Positions 9,846-19,068 of a DNA stretch of 64,000 nt are shown piece by piece. Below the pieces are notes generated by a model that was not told where the DNA came from, searched no databases, and was given only the letters and a program-made list of their open reading frames with translations. Numbering within the stretch: the first letter of the stretch is position 1; every line of letters starts with the position of its first letter. Position numbers and translations under genes: made by a program. The DNA comes from Gemmatimonadales bacterium (GTDB lineage: Bacteria; Gemmatimonadota; Gemmatimonadetes; Gemmatimonadales; GWC2-71-9), in assembly GCA_041615815.1 (NCBI GenBank), contig JBFJCP010000004.1, positions 106,140 through 170,139 on the forward strand. The letters are read 5' to 3'.

Positions 9846-9857
9846 ATGTATATACAT
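9846..9857. promoter_or_regulatory. Palindromic operator ATGTATATACAT (copy 1), probable MarR site
   Basis: Perfect 12-bp AT-rich palindrome 11 nt upstream of the marR start; identical copy at 10341-10352. Confidence 0.7.
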
Positions 9858-9868
9858 ATACTAACCCC

Positions 9869-10318
9869 ATGGTGCCTTCGCGATCTACCTCATCGCTCCC
9901 AACCCTCCCGTGCGCGTGTGCGAGCCTCCGACGTGCGACGCGGGCTGTCACCCAGCTCTACGATGCGAGACTCCGCGAGGTGGGTCTCCGCGCCACGCAG
10001 TTCACGTTGCTCCAGACCCTGCAGCGGGCCAAACGACTCACCCAGGGCGAATTGGGTACGCTCTTGGCGTTGGACTCCACGACGCTGTCACGCACGCTGG
10101 CACCGTTGGAGTCCAGGGGATGGATTCGGGCTCACGTTGGGGAGGATCGGCGTGAGCGCCACTGGACGCTCACGGCGCGGGGTCGGCAGGTGTACCAGGA
10201 GGGGCTTGCGGCGTGGGAGGGGGCGCAGAAGCGGTTGCGTGCGATCCTCGGGCCCAGGCGGTGGGAGCAACTGTTGACGCTGTCGACGGACGCGACGCTG
10301 GCCGCTCACCACGCGTAG
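9869..10318 (+). CDS. MarR family transcriptional regulator
   Basis: 'CACASLRRATRAVTQLYD..L...GLRATQFTLL', 'LDSTTLSRTLAPLE..GWI', 'EDRRER...LT..G'. Confidence 0.93.
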   Translation: MVPSRSTSSLPTLPCACASLRRATRAVTQLYDARLREVGLRATQFTLLQTLQRAKRLTQGELGTLLALDSTTLSRTLAPLESRGWIRAHVGEDRRERHWTLTARGRQVYQEGLAAWEGAQKRLRAILGPRRWEQLLTLSTDATLAAHHA

Positions 10319-10340
10319 CGGCTTCTTTGCCGGTGGAAAC

Positions 10341-10352
10341 ATGTATATACAT
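10341..10352. promoter_or_regulatory. Palindromic operator ATGTATATACAT (copy 2)
   Basis: Identical to 9846-9857; lies just upstream of the SD (GGAGG) of the next gene. Confidence 0.7.
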
Positions 10353-10367
10353 CCAATCGGAGGCCCG

Positions 10368-10895
10368 ATGCAGCTCGATGTGAAGCTCCCCATTTCGATC
10401 GCCATGAGCATGGTGTCGTTTGGACTGATCGCGCGATGGTATCTGTGGCCCTGGTTGCGCCGCGTGCCCCCGGCGGACGCGCTCACCCCCATTCTCTTGT
10501 TTCACTCCTTCCGCCACATCGGGCTCGCGTTTCTGGTGCCGGGGGTGACGGCGGTGACGTTGGATCCACGATTCGCTGGGCCCGCGGCCTATGGCGACCT
10601 CCTCGCCGCCGTCCTGGCTCTTGGCGCGGCGGTGATGCTTCGGGCAGGTTGGCCGGGTGCGCTCGGGCTCGTTTGGGTATTCAACCTGGAAGGCACCGTG
10701 GATTTGCTGCACGCGGTCTATCAAGGGTTCCGCCTCACGCCGGACGGTCATCTGGGAGCGACGTACTTCATCCCGGCGGTGGTGGTTCCCGCGCTGCTGG
10801 TCACGCACGCGGTCGTCTTCGTGCTCCTCGTTCGGTATGCCCGCGCGCGCGCGCGTCAGGCGCTCGATGCGCCGTCGGCTCAACCGGTGGCGTGA
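10368..10895 (+). CDS. Conserved hypothetical integral membrane protein
   Basis: About 5 TM segments; 'HSFRHIGLAFLVPG', 'AAYGDLLAA'. ATG 10368 follows GGAGG; the track start at 10341 lies inside the operator. Confidence 0.75.
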   Translation: MQLDVKLPISIAMSMVSFGLIARWYLWPWLRRVPPADALTPILLFHSFRHIGLAFLVPGVTAVTLDPRFAGPAAYGDLLAAVLALGAAVMLRAGWPGALGLVWVFNLEGTVDLLHAVYQGFRLTPDGHLGATYFIPAVVVPALLVTHAVVFVLLVRYARARARQALDAPSAQPVA

Positions 10896-10914
10896 GCGGC
10901 CAGACGACAGCCCC

Positions 10915-11730
10915 TCACGGGGCAGCGCAGCGGAACCCGATCAAGATGTGGCGTGACGCGGGTGGGCGGCCGTGGCGAAACGCGCAGCGACAGGTTCCGG
11001 GCGCGTCGTCCCACGAGCAGCCTTTGAGCGTGGCGCGCCCGCCGCCGAAGTCGGAGCTCGTCCACTCGAACACGTTGCCGGCGAGATCGCGAACGCCGCG
11101 CGGCGTGGCGCCCGCGGGGTGCGCCGTCACCGGAGCGGTGAAGGTCGTGTCCACATGGGCAGCATCCGGCCGCCAGGCGTCGCCCCAGGGGAACCGCCGG
11201 CCCTCGGGCCCTCGGCACGTTGCTTCCCACTCCTCCTCCGTGGGGAGGCGTTTCCCCCGCCACGCGCAGTAGGCGCGCGCATCCTCATGAGTAACGAGCA
11301 CCACCGGGTGCTCCAGCAGCGCCGAATCCGGACCGCCAGCGCGCCACAGGAACGGGGCAACCTCGGTGTACGGGTGCACCAGAAACCCCTGCGCCCGGTA
11401 CTCGGTCTCGGAGATGAACGGGGGAGGACGCCGCGTGGCACGCACGAAGGCCGAGTAGGCGCGTTGGGTCACGGGGGTCCGGTCGATGCCGAACGCCGCG
11501 AGACGAACCGTGTAGGGCGTTCGTTCCCAGGCGTCGTACCAGCGCGCCTGTCCCACGTCCGGCGGCGACAGCTCGTAACCCGCCGCCCGCTCGGCCGCGT
11601 CGCTGCCCAGCCGATAGCTGCCCGCTGGGATCGGAACGGAGTCGGGTCCCACGGGCGCCGCCTCGCGCCCGCAGGCCGTGGCCGCCAAGCCGAGGAAGAA
11701 TCCCAGCTGTACACGAGCCTTTCGCATCAT
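10915..11730 (-). CDS. Formylglycine-generating enzyme (SUMF1/EgtB/PvdO)-fold lipoprotein
   Basis: Lipobox 'LAATAC'; 'HPVVLVT..DA.AYCAWRGKRLPTEEEWE', 'DLAGNVFEW', 'IGFRC'. Confidence 0.88.
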   Translation of the reverse strand: MMRKARVQLGFFLGLAATACGREAAPVGPDSVPIPAGSYRLGSDAAERAAGYELSPPDVGQARWYDAWERTPYTVRLAAFGIDRTPVTQRAYSAFVRATRRPPPFISETEYRAQGFLVHPYTEVAPFLWRAGGPDSALLEHPVVLVTHEDARAYCAWRGKRLPTEEEWEATCRGPEGRRFPWGDAWRPDAAHVDTTFTAPVTAHPAGATPRGVRDLAGNVFEWTSSDFGGGRATLKGCSWDDAPGTCRCAFRHGRPPASRHILIGFRCAAP

Positions 11731-11853
11731 GCCCCCTGATGCACGCCGGACCGTCCCGCCACTCACGGGAGCGCCGTGGCGAACGGCGTAATCGGTAGAT
11801 AAGATTGGGAGCACAATTTGCGTTTTCCCCGTGAATCCTCTGGAGGAGGTCCT

Positions 11854-12648
11854 ATGTCCAAGCGCGTACTGGCTGTCGCCCCTTTGGCGCTGGCACTTGC
11901 CCTGCCGCCGTCCACGGTGGCGCAGGAGGCTCAAGCGCCAACGATGTTCTACATCGTCCAAGATCAAGTGAAACCCCCGATGATCGCGGAGTACGAGACC
12001 GCGTCGAAGGCCTTCATCAAAGACCTCGCCGCCACCGCGGGGATCGAAGGCATCCAGTGGACGGCCGTGAGCGGGATGGAAGTGGGCTACATCTATGTGG
12101 TGCCGGTCAAGGATTTCGCCGACCTTGGGAAAGCATTCCAAAAGTGGGAAGGCGCCGGTGAGAAGATGGGTATGGCCAAGTGGCAAGAGCACATGGCCCG
12201 GAGCCAGGCGATGGTCGATCACACGGCCACCTCGATCCTGGCGCTGCGCAACGATCTGTCCTATATGCCAGAGACTGCCGCCTTCACCACGGAACGGCCC
12301 TATCGCCACTATGCCTGGTGGTACGTGATCCCGGGCAAGGAGCAGGCGATCGAGGCGGTGGCCAAGGAATTCGTCGATCTCTACAAGACCCGTAACATCC
12401 AGACGGGATGGCGCATCTACCAGCATGTGGTGGGTCCCGATCTTCCGATGTACCTCGTGGTGGAAACAGCCGAGAACGCGGCTGCGTTCGAGGCGCGTAC
12501 TGCGAAGATCCGCGAGACGCTCGGCGAGGCCGGCATGCGTCTCGAACAGAAGGCCATGAAGTTAGCGCGCCGCGTCGAGATCAACGATGCGTGGATACGG
12601 CCGGATCTCTCGTTCCCACAGGAAACGCAGTACGGGCAGCGCCCATAA
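11854..12648 (+). CDS. Secreted hypothetical protein with two repeated alpha/beta (NIPSNAP-like) halves
   Basis: Strong SD GGAGGAGG; signal peptide ending 'VAQ'; halves start 'VKPPMIAEYE' and 'VIPGKEQAIE' and end 'LRNDLSY' and 'IRPDLSF'. Confidence 0.7.
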   Translation: MSKRVLAVAPLALALALPPSTVAQEAQAPTMFYIVQDQVKPPMIAEYETASKAFIKDLAATAGIEGIQWTAVSGMEVGYIYVVPVKDFADLGKAFQKWEGAGEKMGMAKWQEHMARSQAMVDHTATSILALRNDLSYMPETAAFTTERPYRHYAWWYVIPGKEQAIEAVAKEFVDLYKTRNIQTGWRIYQHVVGPDLPMYLVVETAENAAAFEARTAKIRETLGEAGMRLEQKAMKLARRVEINDAWIRPDLSFPQETQYGQRP

Positions 12649-12681
12649 CCGCTACCCGTCGACAAAACATTGCCGGCAAAT

Positions 12682-12711
12682 AGGGCAGCCCCTTTGGGGC
12701 TGCCCTTCTTT
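12682..12711 (+). terminator. Intrinsic terminator between convergent genes
   Basis: AGGGCAGCCCC-TTT-GGGGCTGCCCT followed by TCTTT. Confidence 0.8.
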
Positions 12712-12764
12712 GTCGTTCCGGTCGGTCCGTCGCTGCAGCCTTTCCCTCCGTCTATCCCGCTGTC

Positions 12765-15011
12765 TCACCAAATGAACGTGTGAGTGTACTTGATCAGAAG
12801 CACGCGCTGCTGTGAGGCGGGAAGCCGTGGACCGACCACGACGCTCCGCTCGGTGTTGAGCGTCTCGGTATAGACGATCCAAAGGTCTTGGCCTTCTCGG
12901 AAGTTGTAGCGCAGACGTGCATTGAGGTTGACGTCATCGTCAGCACTGTTGTACTGCAGAAACGTGGCGAGCGATAGATGAATGTCGAGCGCGGTCTGCA
13001 CGCGGAGCCGGCCGAGGTGAACATCGAGTGCTTCGTCCCGATCGGGGAAGCGGATGGCATCGAATTGGTACTCCAGCCCAAGTTCGAGATGGCGAGAGGG
13101 ATTCCAGGCTGGATTGAATCCCAGCGAGACTCGGCTGCCGTCGTAGAAGCTCCCGGCACTCACGGTGAAGCTGGGCCGGAGCCGGGCGGCGCGAGAGGCT
13201 TGGACCCGCAGCTCGCCTTCATGGAACCAATAGTTGCCGGGAAGGACGGGCGCACCGTCCGCCACATCGAACGTCTCCAGCACACTCTCGTAGCTGTTCT
13301 TGGCCGTCACCGTGATCTCCGCGCCGTTCTTGAGTTCCGTTTCAAGAGCAGGCTCGATGGATGCCGACTCCACGGTGCGGTCTGGGTTGCGGATGACGGT
13401 GTGGCCACGGTTCGCGATGCCCATGGTCCGAAACGGCGAGCGCGGCCCGGGGAACCACTGGTACTGCAGCCGATTCTGCAGTGACGTAAAGTCAGACCGC
13501 GTCTGGAAGCCCACGCCAGGGTCGTAGGATTCGCCTGAGCGGATGAATTCGGCGGAGTAGCTGAACCCGTTCTGGTCCCGCCGCTCCCACCGCGCGAGAT
13601 AGAGGGCGGCGCTCGGGTCGCCGAACGTCGGGCCGGCCGACGCGGCGGTCTGCGCCCACTTGAGGATCAGGTACTCGTCTCCCACCACTCGGACACTGGC
13701 GTCCACGCCGGTGGCAACGTTGTAATCCCCGTCCTGCGTCACGCGGGTGGTGACCATGCCCCCGATGGTTGAAAAAGAATTGAACACCTGCCGTCGGAGA
13801 CGCAGGACGCCGAAGTTCTCCGATGGGAGCCCCTGCGCGGACGCCGTCTGCATCGTGAGGAATCCGAGGTCGGTGTTGCCGGCGCGCCCCACGAGGCGAA
13901 CGCCCCCCAAGAGGCGAATGGGCTCTTCGTCCACCAAGCCGATCCGCCGGCTGTGGAACAGCCGATCCCTTCCACCGGTGTTGAACTCGAAAATTGCCGA
14001 GCGCTCCTGGAAGAACTGGCGTTTCTCTGGGAAGAAGAGCGAAAACCGTGTCAGATTGACCTGCTGGTCGTCCACCTCGACCTGGGCGAAGTCCGTATTT
14101 ACCGTGACGTCGAGGGCGAGGTTGTTGGTCGGGCTGTACCGCACGTCCAGCCCAATCTCTCGCGTCATGTCACGCTCGAACTCGTACTGGCTGGCCCCAT
14201 CCTCGAGCTGGGCTACCCGATCCACCCCGCCCAACGCGTACGGGGTGACGTAGAGCGGCCGGTGGCCGTAGACCCCCTCGAGCACGATCCGTTGCGCCTG
14301 GGATGGCTTGGCAAAGGCCATGGCCCAGTTGGGGGGGATCGCGGGGAACAGTTGTCGCTCGTTCTTTCGCGCGATGAAGCGATAGAGAATCATTCCCATT
14401 TCCACCCGACCGTTCGAGTCCTGGAATCCCAGGCTCGAGAACGGAATCCGCATCTCCGCAAACCATCCATCGTCGTTGTGCGTGGTGGCGGCGTCCCAGA
14501 ACGTGTTCCAGTCTGCGTTCATGGGCATCCCTCCTCGGAACTCAGCGTCGTTGGAGAGCGAACGGTCCGTGCGGGTACCGCCGGGGTTCACCACGAACCA
14601 GGATGCGGTCTCATAGTCATTGTACGTGTCCAAGACGATGGCGAGGAGGTCGTCGCCACTGTACTGATCGCGGTACAGCGTATTGGTGCGGATTCCCCGC
14701 GGATTCGAGTCGTAGAGCCGGCCGGACACGTAAAGATGGCTGTCGTTGTGCGCCACCCGGATCTCGCTTCGCTCGGTCACGTCGGCACCGAAGGTGGGCG
14801 TGAACATCGTCATGGGGAGGGGATCGATGCGGTCCCACGCCGCCTCGTCTGGCATCCCATCCAGCGTGATGGGATCGGACAGGCGAGGAATGACCATGGG
14901 TGCGGACTGCGCCGACCCATAGGACGGCGTCACGAGCATGAGCGCCACCGGCAAGCCGATGACCTGCCACCAGTGGCGCGATCGGGAGGGGAGAGGACGA
15001 CCGATGGGCAC
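12765..15011 (-). CDS. DUF5916 outer-membrane protein with N-terminal CBM9-like domain
   Basis: 'ITLDGMPDEAAW', 'WFAEMRIPFSSL', 'TVNTDFAQVEVD', 'NLTRFSLFFPEKRQFFQE', 'LFHSRRIGL'; C-terminal aromatic residue. Start uncertain (GTG 15011 or ATG 14940). Confidence 0.85.
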   Translation of the reverse strand: MPIGRPLPSRSRHWWQVIGLPVALMLVTPSYGSAQSAPMVIPRLSDPITLDGMPDEAAWDRIDPLPMTMFTPTFGADVTERSEIRVAHNDSHLYVSGRLYDSNPRGIRTNTLYRDQYSGDDLLAIVLDTYNDYETASWFVVNPGGTRTDRSLSNDAEFRGGMPMNADWNTFWDAATTHNDDGWFAEMRIPFSSLGFQDSNGRVEMGMILYRFIARKNERQLFPAIPPNWAMAFAKPSQAQRIVLEGVYGHRPLYVTPYALGGVDRVAQLEDGASQYEFERDMTREIGLDVRYSPTNNLALDVTVNTDFAQVEVDDQQVNLTRFSLFFPEKRQFFQERSAIFEFNTGGRDRLFHSRRIGLVDEEPIRLLGGVRLVGRAGNTDLGFLTMQTASAQGLPSENFGVLRLRRQVFNSFSTIGGMVTTRVTQDGDYNVATGVDASVRVVGDEYLILKWAQTAASAGPTFGDPSAALYLARWERRDQNGFSYSAEFIRSGESYDPGVGFQTRSDFTSLQNRLQYQWFPGPRSPFRTMGIANRGHTVIRNPDRTVESASIEPALETELKNGAEITVTAKNSYESVLETFDVADGAPVLPGNYWFHEGELRVQASRAARLRPSFTVSAGSFYDGSRVSLGFNPAWNPSRHLELGLEYQFDAIRFPDRDEALDVHLGRLRVQTALDIHLSLATFLQYNSADDDVNLNARLRYNFREGQDLWIVYTETLNTERSVVVGPRLPASQQRVLLIKYTHTFIW

Positions 15012-15170
15012 GAGCGAATTATCACCCCTTCGCGAGGGAGGCGCTACGGGGACCTCGGTGAACCGGGGTTGACAGTGCCGATGTGGTAGTGTCACTTGAG
15101 CTTCCTTACACCATTTACCGGATCCGCGAGGTGCTCGGGACCGAGGCCCTCCGGAAGGGACCCGTCGCTC

Positions 15171-17042
15171 ATGCGCCTGCTGCTCATCAACCCGCGGTTC
15201 CCCGAAAGCTTTTGGAGCTTCAAGTGGGCGATGGATCGGGTCCTGCCTGGACGCAAGACCGTGAATCCTCCGCTCGGACTCGCCACGCTGGCCGCGCTCT
15301 GTCCCCCCCATTGGGAAGTGAGCATCGTCGACGAGAACGTCGAGCCTATTCCGCTGAAGCCCGAGGTGGACATCGTGGGGATCTGCGGCATGGGCGTGCA
15401 GTTTCCTCGACAGAAAGAGCTCCTCGCCTACTACAAGCAACAAGGGTACTACGTCGTCGCGGGAGGCAGCTACGCGTCGCTCCTGCCCGAAGAGTACGAG
15501 TCTCAGGCGAACACCGTGGTGTCGGGAGAGGCCGAGCACATTTGGCCGCAGTTTTGCGTGGACTACGAGGCGGGACAGGCCCAACCGCTGTACCACGAAA
15601 AGGGTGAAGTGGATCTGGCCGATTCACCAGTCCCGCGGTTCGATCTCCTCCAGCTGGATCGCTATCAAGCGGTGAGTCTGCAATTTTCCCGCGGCTGCCC
15701 TTTCCGGTGCGAATTCTGCGACATCATCGTGATGTTCGGCCGCAAGCCGAGGACCAAGCCCTTCGAGCAGGTGGGGAAAGAGCTGGATACGCTCCGCGGT
15801 CTCGGAGTGCGGAAAGTCTTTTTCGTGGACGACAATCTCATTGGCAACAAACCGGTGGCCAAGCAACTCCTTCGGTACTTGGCGGAGTATCAACGGGAGC
15901 ACCGCTACCGGTTCGAGTTCGGGACCGAGGCTTCGCTCAATCTCGCGCAGGATGCAGAGCTGCTCGACCTTTTCCGAAAGGCCAACTTCGGATGGGTGTT
16001 CATTGGCATCGAATCGCCGGACGAGGAGAGTCTCAAGGAGACGCTGAAGTTCCAGAATACCCGGCAGGACATCCTTACGTCGGTCCGGACCGTCTACCGA
16101 CACGGGATCGACATCCTCGCCGGCTTCATCATCGGGTTCGATCACGACACGGTCGACACGTTCGAACGCCAGTACCAGTTCATCACGCAGTCGGGGATCC
16201 AAGCGTCGATGATCGGCCTGCTCCAAGCCACGCCCCGGACCCCACTGTACGACCGGCTCGCCAAAGACGGACGGCTCATCCCGCACGCCACGCATACGGA
16301 TAATTCAAGGCTCGGCACCAACGTGATCCCCAAGGGCATGGCGTACGACGAGATGGTTGAAGGATACCGGACACTCCACTATCGACTCTTCTCGGATGCT
16401 GGGATCGCTGCCCGGATTCGGAACAAGCTGAAGTATCTTACGAACAAGGTGGCCGGCAACAGCTTTTCGGTGGCAGTGACGCTCGGCATCCTCTACCGCT
16501 TCATCGTCCGCGGGCTCCTCCCCGGAGGGCCCCGACGGCTCTACCACTTCCTGCGCTCGCTCCGGTGGACTCGGCCCAGCCTGCTGATCCAGGTGATTGA
16601 CGATTGGGTGCTGGGCCTGGCGATGCGTGATTACATCGACCGGCACTTCCGGGGCGTCGAGGACTCAGCCTGGCAGCTGTTACGACAGCGAGTCCGAGCT
16701 ATGGAGAAGGCGCTCAGACGCTACCGCGAGGCGGGGGCCCTGGAAGTCTCCCTGAGCGAGGTGCGAAGTGCGGCGACGGTGCTGTCGCTGCGAATGCGGG
16801 GTTGGCTCGATCGGCGTTTCTTTGCGCGGGCCGCCCGGCATCTCGAACAAGTGCTCCAAGACACGCGGTCGTCCGTCACGTTGCACATCGACCAGATTCA
16901 CGTGGCGCAGGTCCACCACCTGCAACGGCTCTTGCGACGGCTTTCGCGCTATGGGGATCGGATCCGGATCACCGTGCACGAGACAGTTCGCGAGGTCGTC
17001 GAGGTCGACTCGTCGGTGTTCAACCTCTCGTTCGAGGCCTAG
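15171..17042 (+). CDS. Cobalamin-binding radical SAM protein (DUF4070-type) with extra C-terminal domain
   Basis: 'PPLGLATLAA', 'FSRGCPFRCEFCDI' (CxxxCxxC), 'FFVDDNL', 'FIGIES', 'GFIIGFDHD'. Confidence 0.92.
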   Translation: MRLLLINPRFPESFWSFKWAMDRVLPGRKTVNPPLGLATLAALCPPHWEVSIVDENVEPIPLKPEVDIVGICGMGVQFPRQKELLAYYKQQGYYVVAGGSYASLLPEEYESQANTVVSGEAEHIWPQFCVDYEAGQAQPLYHEKGEVDLADSPVPRFDLLQLDRYQAVSLQFSRGCPFRCEFCDIIVMFGRKPRTKPFEQVGKELDTLRGLGVRKVFFVDDNLIGNKPVAKQLLRYLAEYQREHRYRFEFGTEASLNLAQDAELLDLFRKANFGWVFIGIESPDEESLKETLKFQNTRQDILTSVRTVYRHGIDILAGFIIGFDHDTVDTFERQYQFITQSGIQASMIGLLQATPRTPLYDRLAKDGRLIPHATHTDNSRLGTNVIPKGMAYDEMVEGYRTLHYRLFSDAGIAARIRNKLKYLTNKVAGNSFSVAVTLGILYRFIVRGLLPGGPRRLYHFLRSLRWTRPSLLIQVIDDWVLGLAMRDYIDRHFRGVEDSAWQLLRQRVRAMEKALRRYREAGALEVSLSEVRSAATVLSLRMRGWLDRRFFARAARHLEQVLQDTRSSVTLHIDQIHVAQVHHLQRLLRRLSRYGDRIRITVHETVREVVEVDSSVFNLSFEA

Positions 17043-17180
17043 CGCTCGGCGCCCGGTACCTGCCCCCGGGCCAGATCGCGTATACCTCCATCATCAAGGT
17101 AGAGACGGTAGCGGGGTCACCCACTCGCCGGACCGATCGCGAACTCGTACATTGGGGCATCACTCACGCGGAGATACGGA

Positions 17181-17396
17181 ATGGCCGTGACTCAGAAAAC
17201 GAGCGTGCTGGCAGTTGCTGGCTCTTATTGGATCGGCGTGGTCCTCGTAGTGCTGATCGTGAGCGGCACCGCCTTTCCAGCGTTTCGCGATTTCGTGGCG
17301 TCGCTCAATCTGTTCAGCTATCTCGGTCTGTGGGTGTTGGCGTTGCTACCGGGCCTCATCATGATCGCCGTGTCCGGAGAGCTGACCAAAGCCTAG
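17181..17396 (+). CDS. Small two-TM membrane protein
   Basis: 71 aa, two hydrophobic helices, SD GGAG. Confidence 0.6.
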   Translation: MAVTQKTSVLAVAGSYWIGVVLVVLIVSGTAFPAFRDFVASLNLFSYLGLWVLALLPGLIMIAVSGELTKA

Positions 17397-17483
17397 GGCT
17401 GGCGCCGAGATCACGCCCCCTTTAGGTTTCAGGCAGCGGGAAACCGGCTGCGAGACAGCGGTTCCCATTCCAGCGAACGTGAC

Positions 17484-17653
17484 GGGGGCCTGGATTCAGC
17501 CAGGCCCTTTGTACATTGGAAACGCCACGCCGCCGGCGAGGAAGGCGGCAACCCAACGCGGGGGTCAGGATACCGCGGAGAACGCAGATGAGTCGGTTAG
17601 GACGGTACATGCCGGACTCCGATCCCATCGGCACAACACAAGGAGTTCGGTAC
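17484..17653 (+). promoter_or_regulatory. Structured 5' leader region of cold-shock gene 1
   Basis: Hairpins plus motifs CCCAACGCGGGGG, ACCGCGGA and ATGA..CGGTT shared with 37453-37617. Confidence 0.55.
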
Positions 17654-17863
17654 ATGCGTACCAAAGGAACCGTGAAGTGGTTCAACGACAGCAAGGGATT
17701 CGGCTTCATCACGCCGGCAGACGGCCAGGCCGATTGCTTCGTCCATCACAGTGCTATCTCTGGCGAAGGCTTCAAGTCGCTCCGAGAGGGTGAGCAGGTG
17801 GAGTTCGACGTCGTGGCGGGCAAGAAGGGCCCGGCGGCGGAGCATGTCGTTGTAGTCCAGTAA
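17654..17863 (+). CDS. csp: Cold-shock protein (CspA family)
   Basis: '[15 protein letters not shown]', 'FVHHSAI', 'GFKSLREG'; SD AAGGAG. Confidence 0.97.
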   Translation: MRTKGTVKWFNDSKGFGFITPADGQADCFVHHSAISGEGFKSLREGEQVEFDVVAGKKGPAAEHVVVVQ

Positions 17864-17888
17864 CGGACGGCCGCCCTATCGGCGGTTC

Positions 17889-17924
17889 AAGGCGGTCGGG
17901 GTCACCCGGCCGCCTTCGTTTTTT
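17889..17924 (+). terminator. Intrinsic terminator after csp
   Basis: AAGGCGGTCGGG-GTCA-CCCGGCCGCCTT then CGTTTTTT. Confidence 0.85.
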
Positions 17925-18434
17925 CTGCAGTGGTGTTGAGGCCTTACGTGGCCCGCTCGGTCTGATTGCTCCCCGACACGATCCGTCCCACTCGCTGACC
18001 CCGCGATCCCGCCCCCACCAAACGGCCCACCCCAGGGGTTGATGGGAGCCTTCCCGCGCTCTTCAGCCGCGTCGTCACGTCGGCGGCTCTGCAACACTGT
18101 GTTGCCGGGTCGGCAGCGGTTCTGGATTGGGAGATGCGCCGCTGACGTCCCGGTGTCGTTGGGCGGCGTCCATCGTAGCGACTATGCGGCGCCGACGCCC
18201 TCAGCATTGCGGGTCGCCCAAGTCCGGTTGCTACCCGTAGTTGCCCCTGTCGCGGCGCGCGGGTCCGTTGGTGGCTTGGCGCGGTGTATCGCGCGTACCG
18301 CAGTAGCGATTGCCTCACCGGTCCCATTCTGTGCGCGCGAATCGTGCTGGCACACCTCGGGCCCGGGGTTTGCAGATAAAGCGCGCAAAGACACCATGTT
18401 ATACCAACGCAACATCTCGATCCGTGAGAAGGGT

Positions 18435-18887
18435 ATGACGGATCTCGAGGTCGCCCGAGAGTTGGTCCGCGAAGGGCTGACGGCGCTCCACCCAAAGAGT
18501 GGGCTGCCGAACTATTTTCGTGCGGAGCTCGCGTTTCGTGAGGCCGTCGCGTTGCTGCGCGGCACCGAGCAGGAGACCGGTCTCTTGCTCGTCGTGGCCT
18601 ATGACAACCTTGCCTGGGCGTGTGACGCGCAGGGAAGGGAAGCCGATGCCGAGTCGTTCTATCTCCGCTCGCTCGCAGCGCAGCAAGCGGCCGATTGGCC
18701 ACCTGTGGTCTGCGACGAGCTCACGCTCCTCAAGCTGTCCCAACTGTATGCCCGGCAAGGCAACCTCGAAATGCAACGCGCAACCCTCCGAAAGATGCGC
18801 TCACAGACCGAGTGCAGTTGTAAGCGTTCCGCCACGGCATTCGAGGGCAATCCCGATCTCGAACGGGTCGCCGGCCTCTTGAAGTAA
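18435..18887 (+). CDS. Tetratricopeptide-repeat protein
   Basis: 'AELAFREAVALL', 'YDNLAWACDAQGREADAESFYLRSLA'. Start ATG 18435 (alternative 18396). Confidence 0.7.
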   Translation: MTDLEVARELVREGLTALHPKSGLPNYFRAELAFREAVALLRGTEQETGLLLVVAYDNLAWACDAQGREADAESFYLRSLAAQQAADWPPVVCDELTLLKLSQLYARQGNLEMQRATLRKMRSQTECSCKRSATAFEGNPDLERVAGLLK

Positions 18888-19068
18888 GTCTCGCCACCAC
18901 CGGCCCGGGCGGCGATCGCCGCTCACGCCGCCTTCCATCACCATTCCCGCCTGCACGGATCACGTCGCGTCGATCGGGTCCGACGAGGGCGCGCGTCGTT
19001 CTCGCTCGGCAGGGTGGCCCACGCCTTGCCCATACACATGGGTGGACACCCAACCATAGGGGCTGACG

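Noticed and set aside
11731..12426. N-terminal extension of the FGE-fold ORF
   Set aside because: Antisense to the real 11854-12648 gene; the lipoprotein signal starts at 11730.
15012..15596. N-terminal extension of the DUF5916 ORF overlapping the radical SAM gene
   Set aside because: Antisense shadow in high-GC DNA; the signal-peptide-like region starts at about 15011-14940.
17925..18434. About 500-nt gap with several overlapping ORFs
   Set aside because: All translations are low-complexity Arg/Ala/Pro-rich with no SD or motif; no RNA gene recognised.
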